In this document: piece by piece, positions 1 through 9,685 of the stretch
Layout of the letters: each line of letters starts with the position of its first letter
Position numbering within the stretch: the first letter of the stretch is position 1
From: a virus
IMG/VR virus record: IMGVR_UViG_3300020054_000866
Span: 45,823 to 109,822 of that record
Strand: one strand, 5' to 3'
Length of the DNA: 64,000 nucleotides
Program-made: the position numbers and the translations under genes
The notes under the pieces: model-generated
Database searches by the model: none
The model's input: only the letters and a program-made list of their open reading frames with translations
Told to the model about the DNA's origin: nothing

Positions 1-19
1 TCTCCAAAGTAGAGAGAAC

Positions 20-253
20 ATGGTCCCATGTGACTCATGCTCTCCATCATTCGCGGCAGAAATCGTGTTTCCGGAGAAGAATCGCCACTGGGCACAGGTA
101 AGTGAGAATCCAGACGCCGTGCTCGAGGCGCTCTACAAATACGACGACAGCGGCGCACGCTACCTAACGCATGTAGCACAGCGGCTTCTCGAGGAGGCGT
201 CAAACGCCGATCGAGGCATCTCAGACGTCTACAGAGTAGAGATCATTCCATAA
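20..253 (+). CDS. Hypothetical protein
   Basis: ORF with AG-rich upstream sequence, in operon orientation; no recognisable motif. Confidence 0.55.
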   Translation: MVPCDSCSPSFAAEIVFPEKNRHWAQVSENPDAVLEALYKYDDSGARYLTHVAQRLLEEASNADRGISDVYRVEIIP

Positions 254-316
254 TCTTTCGCTCTGTCACGAGATTTTTCTCGTTTCCGTGTAGTATCGAA
301 AAGACGGAGGGATGGA

Positions 317-1318
317 ATGTTTATCGTCATCGAAGGCACTGACGCCTCGGGAAAGTCTACTCTTGTAGACGCTGTTGTCTCTGAACTCACCGGGCAGCGG
401 TCAACTGCCGGCGCGATTCAGTACCACAAGGGCGCGCCGAAAGAGTTCACTCGCAAAGGCGTACTTTCAGAGTACGTAGAAGACATTCAAGACTTCAACT
501 GGTTCTCAGCGACAGCAGTCGCTGATCGATGGCATTGGGGTGAGGTAACGTATGCTCCGATCAAGCGTCGTCATACTAACATTGACGGCTTTGGTCTACT
601 TGGCGTTGCTGGCTGGCGATGGACCGAGATGTTTCTTCGCGCTCGCGGCATTACTCAGTTTTGGCTGTATCAGCCGCTTGAGATTATTCAGCAAAGAATT
701 AGAGAACGCGGAGACGACTTTGTAGAAGAGCATGAGCTCGAGCATATTTTAAGTCTCTACTCTTATGCGTTCGACAACACCATGTCGTGCATTAAGTTGC
801 AGCCGTCAAACGGCGGATTAGATCAAGTAGCAAACCTGGCGCGTGACGTCATCAGCTACGCTAAGACATTGCAATCTGAAGTTCAGCATCTAGAAAGATT
901 TACTTGGTACATCGGACCTCCAAAGCCAAAGGCGCTTCTCGTCGGTGACGAAAGAAACGACGAGACTGACACGATGTTGCCTTTCAAGCCTTCCGGTGCA
1001 AATTCAGCAGACTATTTGTTGAACGCCCTACCGTGCGAAACCTGGCGCGACTACGGAATCATAAATTCTGCCGATGTCTATGGAGAAGACATCATACGAC
1101 TATATGAAGCTCTTAATCGGCCAAAAGTTATAGCCCTTGGTCGCATGGCAGAAAAGCGTCTTCGTCAATGCTCACTCTACGAAAGTCTATACACAGTTCT
1201 TCCGCATCCTCAACATGTTAGACGATTTCACTACTCTGATCAAACAGAGTATGGTCGCGCAATTGATAGCTTCGCAAACGGAAACACACAGGAGTATGCG
1301 TCATGGGTTCTTCGCTGA
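317..1318 (+). CDS. Thymidylate/dNMP kinase-like protein fused to a C-terminal uracil-DNA-glycosylase-like domain
   Basis: P-loop IEGTDASGKST and DRW motif of TMP kinases; C-terminal ALLVGDE...LPF...VIALGRMA...LPHPQ pattern of the UDG superfamily; SD ggaggg. Confidence 0.8.
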   Translation: MFIVIEGTDASGKSTLVDAVVSELTGQRSTAGAIQYHKGAPKEFTRKGVLSEYVEDIQDFNWFSATAVADRWHWGEVTYAPIKRRHTNIDGFGLLGVAGWRWTEMFLRARGITQFWLYQPLEIIQQRIRERGDDFVEEHELEHILSLYSYAFDNTMSCIKLQPSNGGLDQVANLARDVISYAKTLQSEVQHLERFTWYIGPPKPKALLVGDERNDETDTMLPFKPSGANSADYLLNALPCETWRDYGIINSADVYGEDIIRLYEALNRPKVIALGRMAEKRLRQCSLYESLYTVLPHPQHVRRFHYSDQTEYGRAIDSFANGNTQEYASWVLR

Positions 1319-2175
1319 CAGCAATTCACATCGAAGACGGAGTAAACGGCTACGTTGATCTTGTTCATCACGTGCTTGAGCACGGCCGCGAGGTGTCCCC
1401 ACGCGGTGTGAAGACAAGAGAAATTGAAGACGCAACTGTATTCATAGACAACGTGTACGACGCAATGCCGATGGGCGTTGGTCGAGGTGTCGTCCCGGGC
1501 ATTGGCGCCGTTGAGGCGTGCCAACTCGTCGCCGGTAGGAGCACGCCACGGACAGTGATTGCTATAGGTCCGCAGTTTACGAATTACGCTGAGAACAACG
1601 GAGAATTTCACGGAGCGTACGGTCTACGTACAAATGGCCAGTACGCTCACGTTGTAGACAAAATCAAGAGTGACCCAGACACGCGGCAAGCAGTCGTGAC
1701 GATCTGGAACCCTGAGTTTGACAACATGCCACAGAAGCGTGACTACCCATGCACAGTTCTTCATCAGTTTAGAGTTCGTGACGGCAAACTAAATATGAGT
1801 GTCTACATGCGCTCAAACGACGTGTGGCTTGGTGCAGCGTACGACTTTTTCCAGTTCACGCGGGTGCAGTTAGCGATCTGCTCGATACTTGGAATAGAGC
1901 CAGGCACGTATGCGCATCACGTTGGGTCGCTTCACATCTACGAGTCAAATATAGATGCGGTGACTAAGTTGCGTAAGACGAGCGCCCCTGTCGACCCAAT
2001 TCCGTATTTTGCTGGCAACTCGTGGGCAGACGTCGCACTATCTGCGCAGAACTGTCTTCTCGCCGTTGACCCCGAAGCTTTGCACGTACCGGAGCTAAAC
2101 GATACAGAGCTCTGGTACGTTAACGCAATGCGCTCCGCTATCGAGAGCAACGAGGCCAAACTCGGAAATGCCTAG
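1303..2175 (+). CDS. Thymidylate synthase family enzyme, probably dCMP hydroxymethylase-like
   Basis: DTRQAV, catalytic PC (YPCT), MRSNDVWLGAAYD, HHVGSLHIY; Asp at the position of ThyA Asn177. Confidence 0.85.
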   Translation: MGSSLTAIHIEDGVNGYVDLVHHVLEHGREVSPRGVKTREIEDATVFIDNVYDAMPMGVGRGVVPGIGAVEACQLVAGRSTPRTVIAIGPQFTNYAENNGEFHGAYGLRTNGQYAHVVDKIKSDPDTRQAVVTIWNPEFDNMPQKRDYPCTVLHQFRVRDGKLNMSVYMRSNDVWLGAAYDFFQFTRVQLAICSILGIEPGTYAHHVGSLHIYESNIDAVTKLRKTSAPVDPIPYFAGNSWADVALSAQNCLLAVDPEALHVPELNDTELWYVNAMRSAIESNEAKLGNA

Positions 2176-2380
2176 TGATGAAAACGAAGAAGCTTTTGAG
2201 TATGCGTCTCCGATGCATGCCGCAGCGATTGGCATGCACGAGATGTACATCACGCTGAAGTCTGCCGGGTTTTCAAGAACTGAAGCTCTCGAGTTGATAG
2301 CAAGAATGCTTTCATACGGAGTCACAGAGACTCTAATAATTGAGAGCGAGCTTGGTGACGATGACGACGACGACGACTAA
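2168..2380 (+). CDS. Small conserved actinophage-type protein (HEMY...AGFS.TEAL)
   Basis: Overlaps flanking genes; acidic tail. Confidence 0.7.
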   Translation: MPSDENEEAFEYASPMHAAAIGMHEMYITLKSAGFSRTEALELIARMLSYGVTETLIIESELGDDDDDDD

Positions 2381-2849
2381 CGCGCGGCCATCGTGGCAGT
2401 CGACATGGCTCACCGTTGCGACTGTTATTTCGCTGCGCTCACGGTGCTCAAGAGCGCAGATGGGCGCAGTTGTAGTGTCAAAAGACCAGCGTGTCTGCGC
2501 CACCGGCTATAACGGGCCGTCGGCGTCGTGGCCTGAAAGCGGCGACTGTATCGACTGGTGCCCAAGAGCGCGCGGCGAGTCACCACTAGACAACATCTAT
2601 GACCAGTGCCCGTCAATTCACGCTGAAGCAAACGCGCTGCTGTACGTAGACAGATCAAGCGTTGAAGGCGGAACAATATACATCACAAGTCCGCCGTGTA
2701 TGCAGTGCGCAAAGCTAATTACAAATTCCGGGTTGTTGCACGTCGTATGTTATATTGGCGAGCACGACATGCACCGCAATCCGTTGGATGTCGTCGAGTA
2801 CATTAAAAAGTGTGGAATAAGCGTTACGCTTGTCGCGCACTCGGAGTGA
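2361..2849 (+). CDS. dCMP deaminase
   Basis: RSRC..AQMGAV, TGYNG, HAEANA, PCMQC zinc motifs; ATG at 2361 preferred. Confidence 0.9.
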   Translation: MTTTTTNARPSWQSTWLTVATVISLRSRCSRAQMGAVVVSKDQRVCATGYNGPSASWPESGDCIDWCPRARGESPLDNIYDQCPSIHAEANALLYVDRSSVEGGTIYITSPPCMQCAKLITNSGLLHVVCYIGEHDMHRNPLDVVEYIKKCGISVTLVAHSE

Positions 2850-2855
2850 CGTATA

Positions 2856-4673
2856 GTGGCTGATCTTTCTCAAGTACAACTTCACCTTGTCAACAGCGTA
2901 GAGTCTGCGAATGACTTTCTTTCGTGGCTTAGCGAACGACGGCCACACAACGCCATCGCGATCGACACGGAGACGGGCGAGATACCTGGAAACCCGAGGC
3001 AGCATGCGCTGTCACCGTGGCACGGACGTCTTCGGCTAGTTCAGGTCGGTGATGGCATGCAGGGCTGGTCAATACCGTGGGACGAATGGTCGGGAGTGTT
3101 CTACCAGGCGATGGAGCGCTTTGACGGTCCGATCGTCTGCCACAACATCGCGTTCGAGGCACGCTGGTTTGAGACTCAGTCACGCTGGAAAATGCCATGG
3201 CATCGCGCGCATGACACGATGATTATGGCTCACATTGTCGACCCGCTTGGTTCAGGCGCACTGAAGCGTCTTGCCGCGCTGCACGTCGACGCGCGTGCAG
3301 TTGCATTACAAGACACTCTTGATCAAGAGCTATCAGCCAACGGTTGGACCTGGGGAACTGTTCCCACAAACTTTGAGCCGTACTGGTCGTATGGCGCGCT
3401 CGACTGCGTTCTTACAATGCGTCTCTGGGAAATGTTCTACGAAAAGTGCGGACCTAACGGCGCGTACCACAAACCGTATGAGCTCGAGATGGCGACTCGT
3501 AAGATCGTCACGAGAATGGAGATCAACGGCGCTCGAGTTGATCTTGACTACTCGCAGAGAAAGTACAACGAGCTTAGCTCATACACCGAGTCTGTAAAGA
3601 ACTGGGCTAAGAATACGTACAACGGAACTTCTATAACGAGCAACATACAACTTGTTCGGCTGTTTGAGAGTCTTGGCGCTGAGATCACTGAGTTTACTCC
3701 GACCGGTCAGAAGTCTTGCACAAAGGATCAATTGAGGCTGCTAGCACAGAGCCCGATAGCGGAGGTCGCTAATCTCGCGGACACTGTTCTCAAGCAGCGT
3801 AAGGCCGACAAACTTGCTGGAACGTACTTTCTAAACTTTCTCACTGAGTCAATTGACGGCATTGTTCACCCGTCTGTGAAGACTCTTGGCGCTCGAACGA
3901 GCAGAATGTCGATCACAAATCCGGCGCTACAGACATTGCCGAAAGGCGATGACGTTGTTCGCCGAGCGTTCATCCCAAAAGACGATGACCACGTGATTAT
4001 CACTTCTGACCTCGACCAGGTTGAGTTCAGAATGTTCGCGTCTCTATCTAAAGATCCAAATCTAATTACGCTGTTCAACAGGGCGGACGCAACTGGCTCT
4101 GACCCGTTCACGGAGATTGGCAGAGAGATCTACAACGATCCGACGATGCAGAAGTCCGATAAGCGCCGCGCGCTGATTAAAGGCACGGTGTACGGAAGAC
4201 TCTATGGCGCCGGTGTCGCGAAGCAAGCCGTAACTGCCGGCGTTCCTGAGCCACAGATGCGACAAGTTTCTGATGCATTTGATCGCAGATTTCCGGGCAT
4301 GTCGTACTTTCAAAAGCAGATCGAGGACGCCGGCATGCGAAGGTTGCAGAGCGAGGGCCAAGGCTACGTATATACGTGGACAGGAAGAAGACTGCCGTGC
4401 GACGAAGACAGAGTTTACACGCTTGTGAACTACCTCATTCAGGGTGGAGCGGCAGAGGTCTTCAAAGCAAATCTTGTCAAACTCGATCAAGCCGATTTGA
4501 CTGAACTTCTCATCGTCCCGGTTCACGACGAAATAGTTCTACAGGCGCCACGAAAAGACGCAGACGAGATCAAGCAGATAGTGAAGCAATGCATGACCAC
4601 GTCTGACGGCTGGGATGTGCCACTGACCGCTGACGTAGACGGCCCGCTAGAGACGTGGGGCGACAAGTACTAG
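2856..4673 (+). CDS. polA: DNA polymerase family A with 3'-5' exonuclease domain
   Basis: Exo I DTET, Exo II HN..FE, Exo III YGALD; motif A DLDQVEFR, motif B K...YGRLYG, motif C VHDE. Confidence 0.95.
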   Translation: MADLSQVQLHLVNSVESANDFLSWLSERRPHNAIAIDTETGEIPGNPRQHALSPWHGRLRLVQVGDGMQGWSIPWDEWSGVFYQAMERFDGPIVCHNIAFEARWFETQSRWKMPWHRAHDTMIMAHIVDPLGSGALKRLAALHVDARAVALQDTLDQELSANGWTWGTVPTNFEPYWSYGALDCVLTMRLWEMFYEKCGPNGAYHKPYELEMATRKIVTRMEINGARVDLDYSQRKYNELSSYTESVKNWAKNTYNGTSITSNIQLVRLFESLGAEITEFTPTGQKSCTKDQLRLLAQSPIAEVANLADTVLKQRKADKLAGTYFLNFLTESIDGIVHPSVKTLGARTSRMSITNPALQTLPKGDDVVRRAFIPKDDDHVIITSDLDQVEFRMFASLSKDPNLITLFNRADATGSDPFTEIGREIYNDPTMQKSDKRRALIKGTVYGRLYGAGVAKQAVTAGVPEPQMRQVSDAFDRRFPGMSYFQKQIEDAGMRRLQSEGQGYVYTWTGRRLPCDEDRVYTLVNYLIQGGAAEVFKANLVKLDQADLTELLIVPVHDEIVLQAPRKDADEIKQIVKQCMTTSDGWDVPLTADVDGPLETWGDKY

Positions 4674-4990
4674 TGAATAGGTACATGGAAAAAGCGATAG
4701 AGCTCGCTCACAGCAGCAAGTGCAGGCACAAGCACGGGTGCGTTGTAGTCAAAAACGGAAAGATCATTTCAAAAGCCACAAACAAAAAAGTCGGAGACCC
4801 GTCCGTGGAGTTTCGTCTCGCGCTTCACGCGGAGTTTGCGGCTGTTGTAGCGGCAGGAACGCACGCCGCGGGTTCAACAGTCTATGTAGCCAGAGTCCAA
4901 GCAGACGGCTCGACTGCGCTGTCTAAGCCTTGTAAGAAGTGTGAAAATATGATGAAAAGATCTGGAGTATCTAAGGTAGTGTGGACATGA
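4673..4990 (+). CDS. Small zinc-dependent cytidine/nucleotide deaminase-like protein
   Basis: KHGCVVV, HAE, SKPCKKC; GTG start overlapping polA stop. Confidence 0.8.
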   Translation: MNRYMEKAIELAHSSKCRHKHGCVVVKNGKIISKATNKKVGDPSVEFRLALHAEFAAVVAAGTHAAGSTVYVARVQADGSTALSKPCKKCENMMKRSGVSKVVWT

Positions 4991-5451
4991 CAATTTATTT
5001 GTGCGTCGATCCAGGAAAAATGAGCGGTATAGCCGCCATAAGCTACGACCATCAAGAAGCGCCAGAGCTAGTCGCGTCAGGCGAGTACGACGCCAGAAAC
5101 TATCATAAGCCGATCATAGAAACTATTGTAGCGTCTTATTACACTAAGACACCGATCAAGGTGATTTGTGAAAGGTTTACGATCAACGCGCAGACTGTTA
5201 AGAACTCTCAAGCGCCGTACAGTCTAGAGCAGATCGGAGTTCTCAAGCACTTGATGCTTGTAAATGGGCTTGAACCCGACGACATAGTGTTTCAGTCACC
5301 GTCAGACGCAAAGAGAATGTTTGACAACAGCGCACTGAAAAAGTTAGACTTTTGGCACAAAGGTGGAGACGGCCATGCGCTTGACGCGATACGTCACGGT
5401 TTGTTGGCAGTCACAAAGGATGGCTGGGTGCCTCGTGCTTTGTTACAATAG
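4987..5451 (+). CDS. RuvC-like Holliday junction resolvase
   Basis: VDPGKMSG, CERF, EQIG, HALDAIRH; ATGA overlap with upstream stop. Confidence 0.8.
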   Translation: MTIYLCVDPGKMSGIAAISYDHQEAPELVASGEYDARNYHKPIIETIVASYYTKTPIKVICERFTINAQTVKNSQAPYSLEQIGVLKHLMLVNGLEPDDIVFQSPSDAKRMFDNSALKKLDFWHKGGDGHALDAIRHGLLAVTKDGWVPRALLQ

Positions 5452-5540
5452 ATACTGAAGAAAAAACTTCAACATGTGCATACTTTGCACTGTAATATGT
5501 GATACAGTGATGATTACTCAACGACGACAAGAGGTTTTTA

Positions 5541-7337
5541 GTGGCAGTTCAGGTAGAACTAAGTCAAGACGGCTCCTCAATTCACATTCATGCTGAGTGG
5601 CGATACAAAGAGCTATGTAAGAGCATCCCCGGCGCGTCGTGGGCTGCAAAAGATGGTGTTTGGAAGGTTCCTACAAGTTGGGCCTCGTGCTTGGCACTGC
5701 GATCTGTCTTTCGCGAAGAACTTGAGATCGGTAGCAGACTAACAGACTGGGCAGTCAATGAGCGCACGTCACGAGTAGACCCGTGTAATTCACTCCGTGA
5801 GCTCGAGGCACTTCCAGACGGCGACGGCTACAATGAAGATCTGTTCCCGCACCAGCGCGCTGGAGTCGAGTTTCTCGCTGCTGCACGTCGCGCGCTTCTC
5901 GCCGATGAGCCGGGGCTAGGAAAAACAGCACAGGCTATTCGAGGATTAAAGAAAATCCAAGATCTCGGTGATGAGGTATTCCCGGCTCTCATCGTTTGCC
6001 CGAACACCGTCAAGAAAACTTGGAAACGCGAGTTTTCTCTTTGGTGGCCAGAGGTAAACGTTCAGGTTATCGCCGGGTCTGCGGCTCAGAGACGCAAGCA
6101 GTTTGAAGAAGAAGCAGACGTCTACGTGATCAACTGGGAATCTCTTCGAGCGCACTCAAGGCTTGCGCCATACGGGTCTGTTGCGCTTGCTCGATGCGTT
6201 GAGTGCGGGGGTCACGACGACAAAGTCAGTGAGACTCGTTGCGAGGTCCACCAACGTGAGCTAAATCAGATTGATTTCAAGGCGGTTGTAGCCGACGAGA
6301 TCCACAGATCGAAGGACCCAAAGAGCAAGCAGACGCGTGCGCTATGGTCTGCGACTGGCGAGGCCGACATTAGATTCGCGATGACTGGCACTCCAATCGC
6401 TAATGACGTTCTTGATTTTTGGCCGATTCTGCATTGGATTTCCCCCGAGGAGTGGCCGAGCAAGACTAGGTGGATCGACAGAATGGTCGACATCATGCTC
6501 AACGCATTTGGTGGCATGATGGTTCTTGGCGTAAAGCCGCACATGCGCGATGAGTTCTACGCCGCAATCAACCCGAGGATGCGTAGGATGCTTAAAGAGC
6601 GCGTGCTCCCATGGCTCCCGCCCGTAATCATGGACAGACGCGATGTCGAGATGTCGGCTAAGCAACGAAAAGCGTACACTCAGATGCAGGAAGTAATGAT
6701 CGCCGAACTGGAGCACGGCGATGCTATTACTGCGCCAAGTCCGTTGACACAGACACTTCGTCTACTTCAATTTGCAAGCTCTTTTGCGGAGATAGACGTA
6801 GACGAAATGACTGGAGAAATCCAAGTAAAGCTCGCTGAGCCATCGTGCAAGGTCGACGCGTTGATGGACGATATACAGAACGGAGACTTTGGAGATGACT
6901 CAGTTGCCGTCTGCGCTGTTTCTAGGCAGCTAATTGAACTGCTGAGCGCGCGCCTAGAAAAAGCCAAAATTCCTCACGGGCTAATCACAGGCGCACAGGA
7001 CGAAGACGAGCGTCAGCAGGCAATTGATGATTTCCAAGAAGGAAGAATCAAGTGGATTCTCTTCACCGCGCAGGCGGGTGGCGTTGGAGTGACGTTGACT
7101 GCTGCTCGGCGGCTTATCATGCTTCAGCGCCCGTGGTCACTTGTCGACTACAAACAGGCACTAGACAGAGTTCATCGCATCGGGTCAGAGATTCACGACT
7201 CTATTTTGATCACGGACTACGTTACCGAGGGCACTATTGAGGAGAGAGTCATTGACGTGCTGGACGTAAAATCTGAGAACTTTGAAGAAGTCGTTCAAGA
7301 TAAAGCAAAGCTTCTCAAGATGCTAAAGGGAGAGTGA
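5541..7337 (+). CDS. SNF2-family (SF2) helicase
   Basis: ADEPGLGKT, DEIH, MTGTPI, GGVGVTLT, QALDRVHRIG. Confidence 0.95.
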   Translation: MAVQVELSQDGSSIHIHAEWRYKELCKSIPGASWAAKDGVWKVPTSWASCLALRSVFREELEIGSRLTDWAVNERTSRVDPCNSLRELEALPDGDGYNEDLFPHQRAGVEFLAAARRALLADEPGLGKTAQAIRGLKKIQDLGDEVFPALIVCPNTVKKTWKREFSLWWPEVNVQVIAGSAAQRRKQFEEEADVYVINWESLRAHSRLAPYGSVALARCVECGGHDDKVSETRCEVHQRELNQIDFKAVVADEIHRSKDPKSKQTRALWSATGEADIRFAMTGTPIANDVLDFWPILHWISPEEWPSKTRWIDRMVDIMLNAFGGMMVLGVKPHMRDEFYAAINPRMRRMLKERVLPWLPPVIMDRRDVEMSAKQRKAYTQMQEVMIAELEHGDAITAPSPLTQTLRLLQFASSFAEIDVDEMTGEIQVKLAEPSCKVDALMDDIQNGDFGDDSVAVCAVSRQLIELLSARLEKAKIPHGLITGAQDEDERQQAIDDFQEGRIKWILFTAQAGGVGVTLTAARRLIMLQRPWSLVDYKQALDRVHRIGSEIHDSILITDYVTEGTIEERVIDVLDVKSENFEEVVQDKAKLLKMLKGE

Positions 7338-7338
7338 C

Positions 7339-8289
7339 ATGACAGTTCTAGAGACTCCGGTAGAAATCAAGCCAATACGCATATCCAACTCCGAGATTCA
7401 AACGTTTAAAGACTGTAGAAGAAAGTGGTGGCTAAGCTACTATAGAAGACTTCAGCCACGTGCACAAAAATACACTGGCCCACTGGCGCTCGGCACCAGG
7501 GTCCATGCGGCTCTAGACGAGTACTACTCGCAAGGAGTACCGCTTCTTGAGTCGTACGCAAAGTACGTCGAGATCGACAAGCAAGCGCTCATTGACTCGT
7601 TTAGGGACACAGTTGAACTTGACACTGAAGCCGAACTCGGCAGAATCATGCTTGAGGGCTACCTCGAGTGGGTAGAGGAAAACGGAATTGACGCAGAACT
7701 AGAGATGATCTCGACTGAGGAGATCATCAGCATGCCACTCTTCGATGGCAGAGTCGAGTTGCAGGGAAAACTTGACATGCGAGTCCGCAGAAAGGCGGAC
7801 GGTGTTCGACTGTTTAGAGACTTCAAGACAGTCGGTGGCTCGTTTGCAGAGTTCGCCAGTCTTGCTCACATGAATGAGCAGATTCTTACGTACATGCTTC
7901 TTGAAGCGTATCAGAACAAAGATGGCGAGCGCTGCGACGGTGGCATCTTTACGATGCTCAAGAAGGTGAAAAGAACTGCTAATGCAAAGCCTCCGTTCTA
8001 CGATCAGATAGAGGTTCGGCATAATCAGTTTACGCTAAGAACTTTTTGGAATCGCATACACGGAGTAATTCAAGACATGCTTCGAGTACGTGACGCTCTT
8101 GACGAAGGCTCTGACCCGCACTACGTTGCGTACCCGAGCCCCAGCCGAGATTGCAAGTGGAAATGTCAGTTTTTCGCTGTGTGCCCGCTGTTTGACGACG
8201 GTAGCGCAGCAGAGCAAGCACTTGAGGAGCTTTTCATTACAGATGACCCGTACAGCTATTATCAGACAAATGAGCCGAAAGGTAACTAA
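7339..8289 (+). CDS. Cas4/RecB-like PD-(D/E)XK exonuclease with Fe-S cysteines
   Basis: DCRRKW, GKLD...DFKT, C-terminal CKWKC.FFAVC. Confidence 0.88.
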   Translation: MTVLETPVEIKPIRISNSEIQTFKDCRRKWWLSYYRRLQPRAQKYTGPLALGTRVHAALDEYYSQGVPLLESYAKYVEIDKQALIDSFRDTVELDTEAELGRIMLEGYLEWVEENGIDAELEMISTEEIISMPLFDGRVELQGKLDMRVRRKADGVRLFRDFKTVGGSFAEFASLAHMNEQILTYMLLEAYQNKDGERCDGGIFTMLKKVKRTANAKPPFYDQIEVRHNQFTLRTFWNRIHGVIQDMLRVRDALDEGSDPHYVAYPSPSRDCKWKCQFFAVCPLFDDGSAAEQALEELFITDDPYSYYQTNEPKGN

Positions 8290-8292
8290 CAC

Positions 8293-9042
8293 ATGAGTGG
8301 TATTCAACGGTCGTTGACCATTATGGTCTACGGCGAGTCAAAGGTCGGAAAGTCGACATTCGCAGTGACAGCACCGTACCCGCGTCTCATGCTCGACGTG
8401 GAGGGCGGACACAGATTCCTCCCGATCAACGTAAAGTACTGGGACCCGATGCGCGAGGAGCCTCCTGTAGCAGATGGAAGCTGGGACACGTGCGTTGTCA
8501 ACGTGACCGAGTACGACACTGTTCTCAAGGCGTACCAGTGGCTGCAGCTCGGTAAGCATCAGTTCAAGTCGCTGATCATCGACTCGATCTCAGAGCTCCA
8601 GGTAAAGTGCGTCGACAGCATTGCTGGAAAGAATCAAATGCAGATGCAACAGTGGGGCGAGCTTCTTCGTCACATGGGCGGTCTGCTTCGAGATCTCCGC
8701 GATCTTACGATGCACCCAGTCGCGCCTCTGGAGGCGATCGTACTTACCGCGATGGCAAGAATGGGTCAAGACGGTCGCTATCGTCCGTACCTCCAGGGGC
8801 AGCTTGCCATTCAGGCACCGTACTTCTACGACATTCTCGGCGCGGTTACCGTCGAGACATTCCCAAATCCTGACCCAACGCAGCCGCCAATCAAGGCGCG
8901 TCAAATGTACGTCGAGCGTACTAGCGACTACGAGGCAGGCGAGCGTGTTCAGGGACGACTTGGTAAAGTCGTCGATCAACAGAATCTCAGCGTCGAGTCG
9001 ATGCTGGACATTGTCTTCGGCCCTCGGCCGAGTGAAAGCTAA
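8293..9042 (+). CDS. AAA_24 / Sak4-like ATPase (recombinase)
   Basis: YGESKVGKST, DVEGG, IIDSISE; lies between exonuclease and SSB. Confidence 0.85.
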   Translation: MSGIQRSLTIMVYGESKVGKSTFAVTAPYPRLMLDVEGGHRFLPINVKYWDPMREEPPVADGSWDTCVVNVTEYDTVLKAYQWLQLGKHQFKSLIIDSISELQVKCVDSIAGKNQMQMQQWGELLRHMGGLLRDLRDLTMHPVAPLEAIVLTAMARMGQDGRYRPYLQGQLAIQAPYFYDILGAVTVETFPNPDPTQPPIKARQMYVERTSDYEAGERVQGRLGKVVDQQNLSVESMLDIVFGPRPSES

Positions 9043-9076
9043 CAACAACAACAACACCAAAGGATAGGTGATAGAC

Positions 9077-9673
9077 ATGACTAGCCTCAACTGGGGTGAC
9101 CTCATCAGCGAAGCAGGGGATGTTGGCTACGAGCCACTTCCCGACGGCGACTACGATCTCAAGATCGTGGAGGCAAACGCCAAGGTGACTCAGACTGGAA
9201 AGACGATGTTCGCAGTCAAGGCGCAGGTTACGACTGGCGCCCACGCGAAGCGTCTCGTCTGGGACAATCTCGTCGTTTCGACCGACAACCCGAACGCTCT
9301 CGCGATCTTCTTCAGGAAGATGGGAGCTCTCGGTCTCGGTCGTGACTTCTTCTCAACCAACCCGAGCAACGCTCAGATCGAGCAGGCGCTTGTAGATCGC
9401 CCGTTCCGCGGGCAGGTTGGCAGCCGCACTTGGCAGGGCCAGAAGAAGAACGAGATCAAGGCGTACTACTCGGCCAATCCGGCGAACGCCGTTGCCGCGT
9501 CTGCCCCTCCCGCCGCAGCTGCGGCCCCTCCCGCTGCTGCGCCAGCGCCGCCCACGGCGCCGGCTCCGGCTCCGGCCGCGCCGGTCGCTGCGCCAGAGGC
9601 CGCGCCTGTTGCGGAAGCAGCGCCCGCTGCTGCTGAGGCAGCCCCCTCAGCGCCGCCTGCTGCGCCGTTCTGA
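9077..9673 (+). CDS. Single-stranded DNA-binding protein (DUF669-like) with Pro/Ala-rich tail
   Basis: EPLPDGDY...KTM...LVWDNL...KNEIK; C-terminal APF; position after Sak4-like gene. Confidence 0.75.
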   Translation: MTSLNWGDLISEAGDVGYEPLPDGDYDLKIVEANAKVTQTGKTMFAVKAQVTTGAHAKRLVWDNLVVSTDNPNALAIFFRKMGALGLGRDFFSTNPSNAQIEQALVDRPFRGQVGSRTWQGQKKNEIKAYYSANPANAVAASAPPAAAAAPPAAAPAPPTAPAPAPAAPVAAPEAAPVAEAAPAAAEAAPSAPPAAPF

Positions 9674-9685
9674 TAGCTGTAGGTG

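Noticed and set aside
1303-2175. Plain thyA call
   Set aside because: Asp at the specificity position and modification-gene context argue against canonical dTMP synthase
2355-2380. (GAC)n run as a phase-variable repeat
   Set aside because: Short trinucleotide run explained by a poly-Asp tail overlapping the poly-Thr start of the next gene
7339-8289. Cas4-like gene as sign of a CRISPR-Cas system
   Set aside because: No array or other cas genes; sits in the usual exonuclease-Sak4-SSB recombination module
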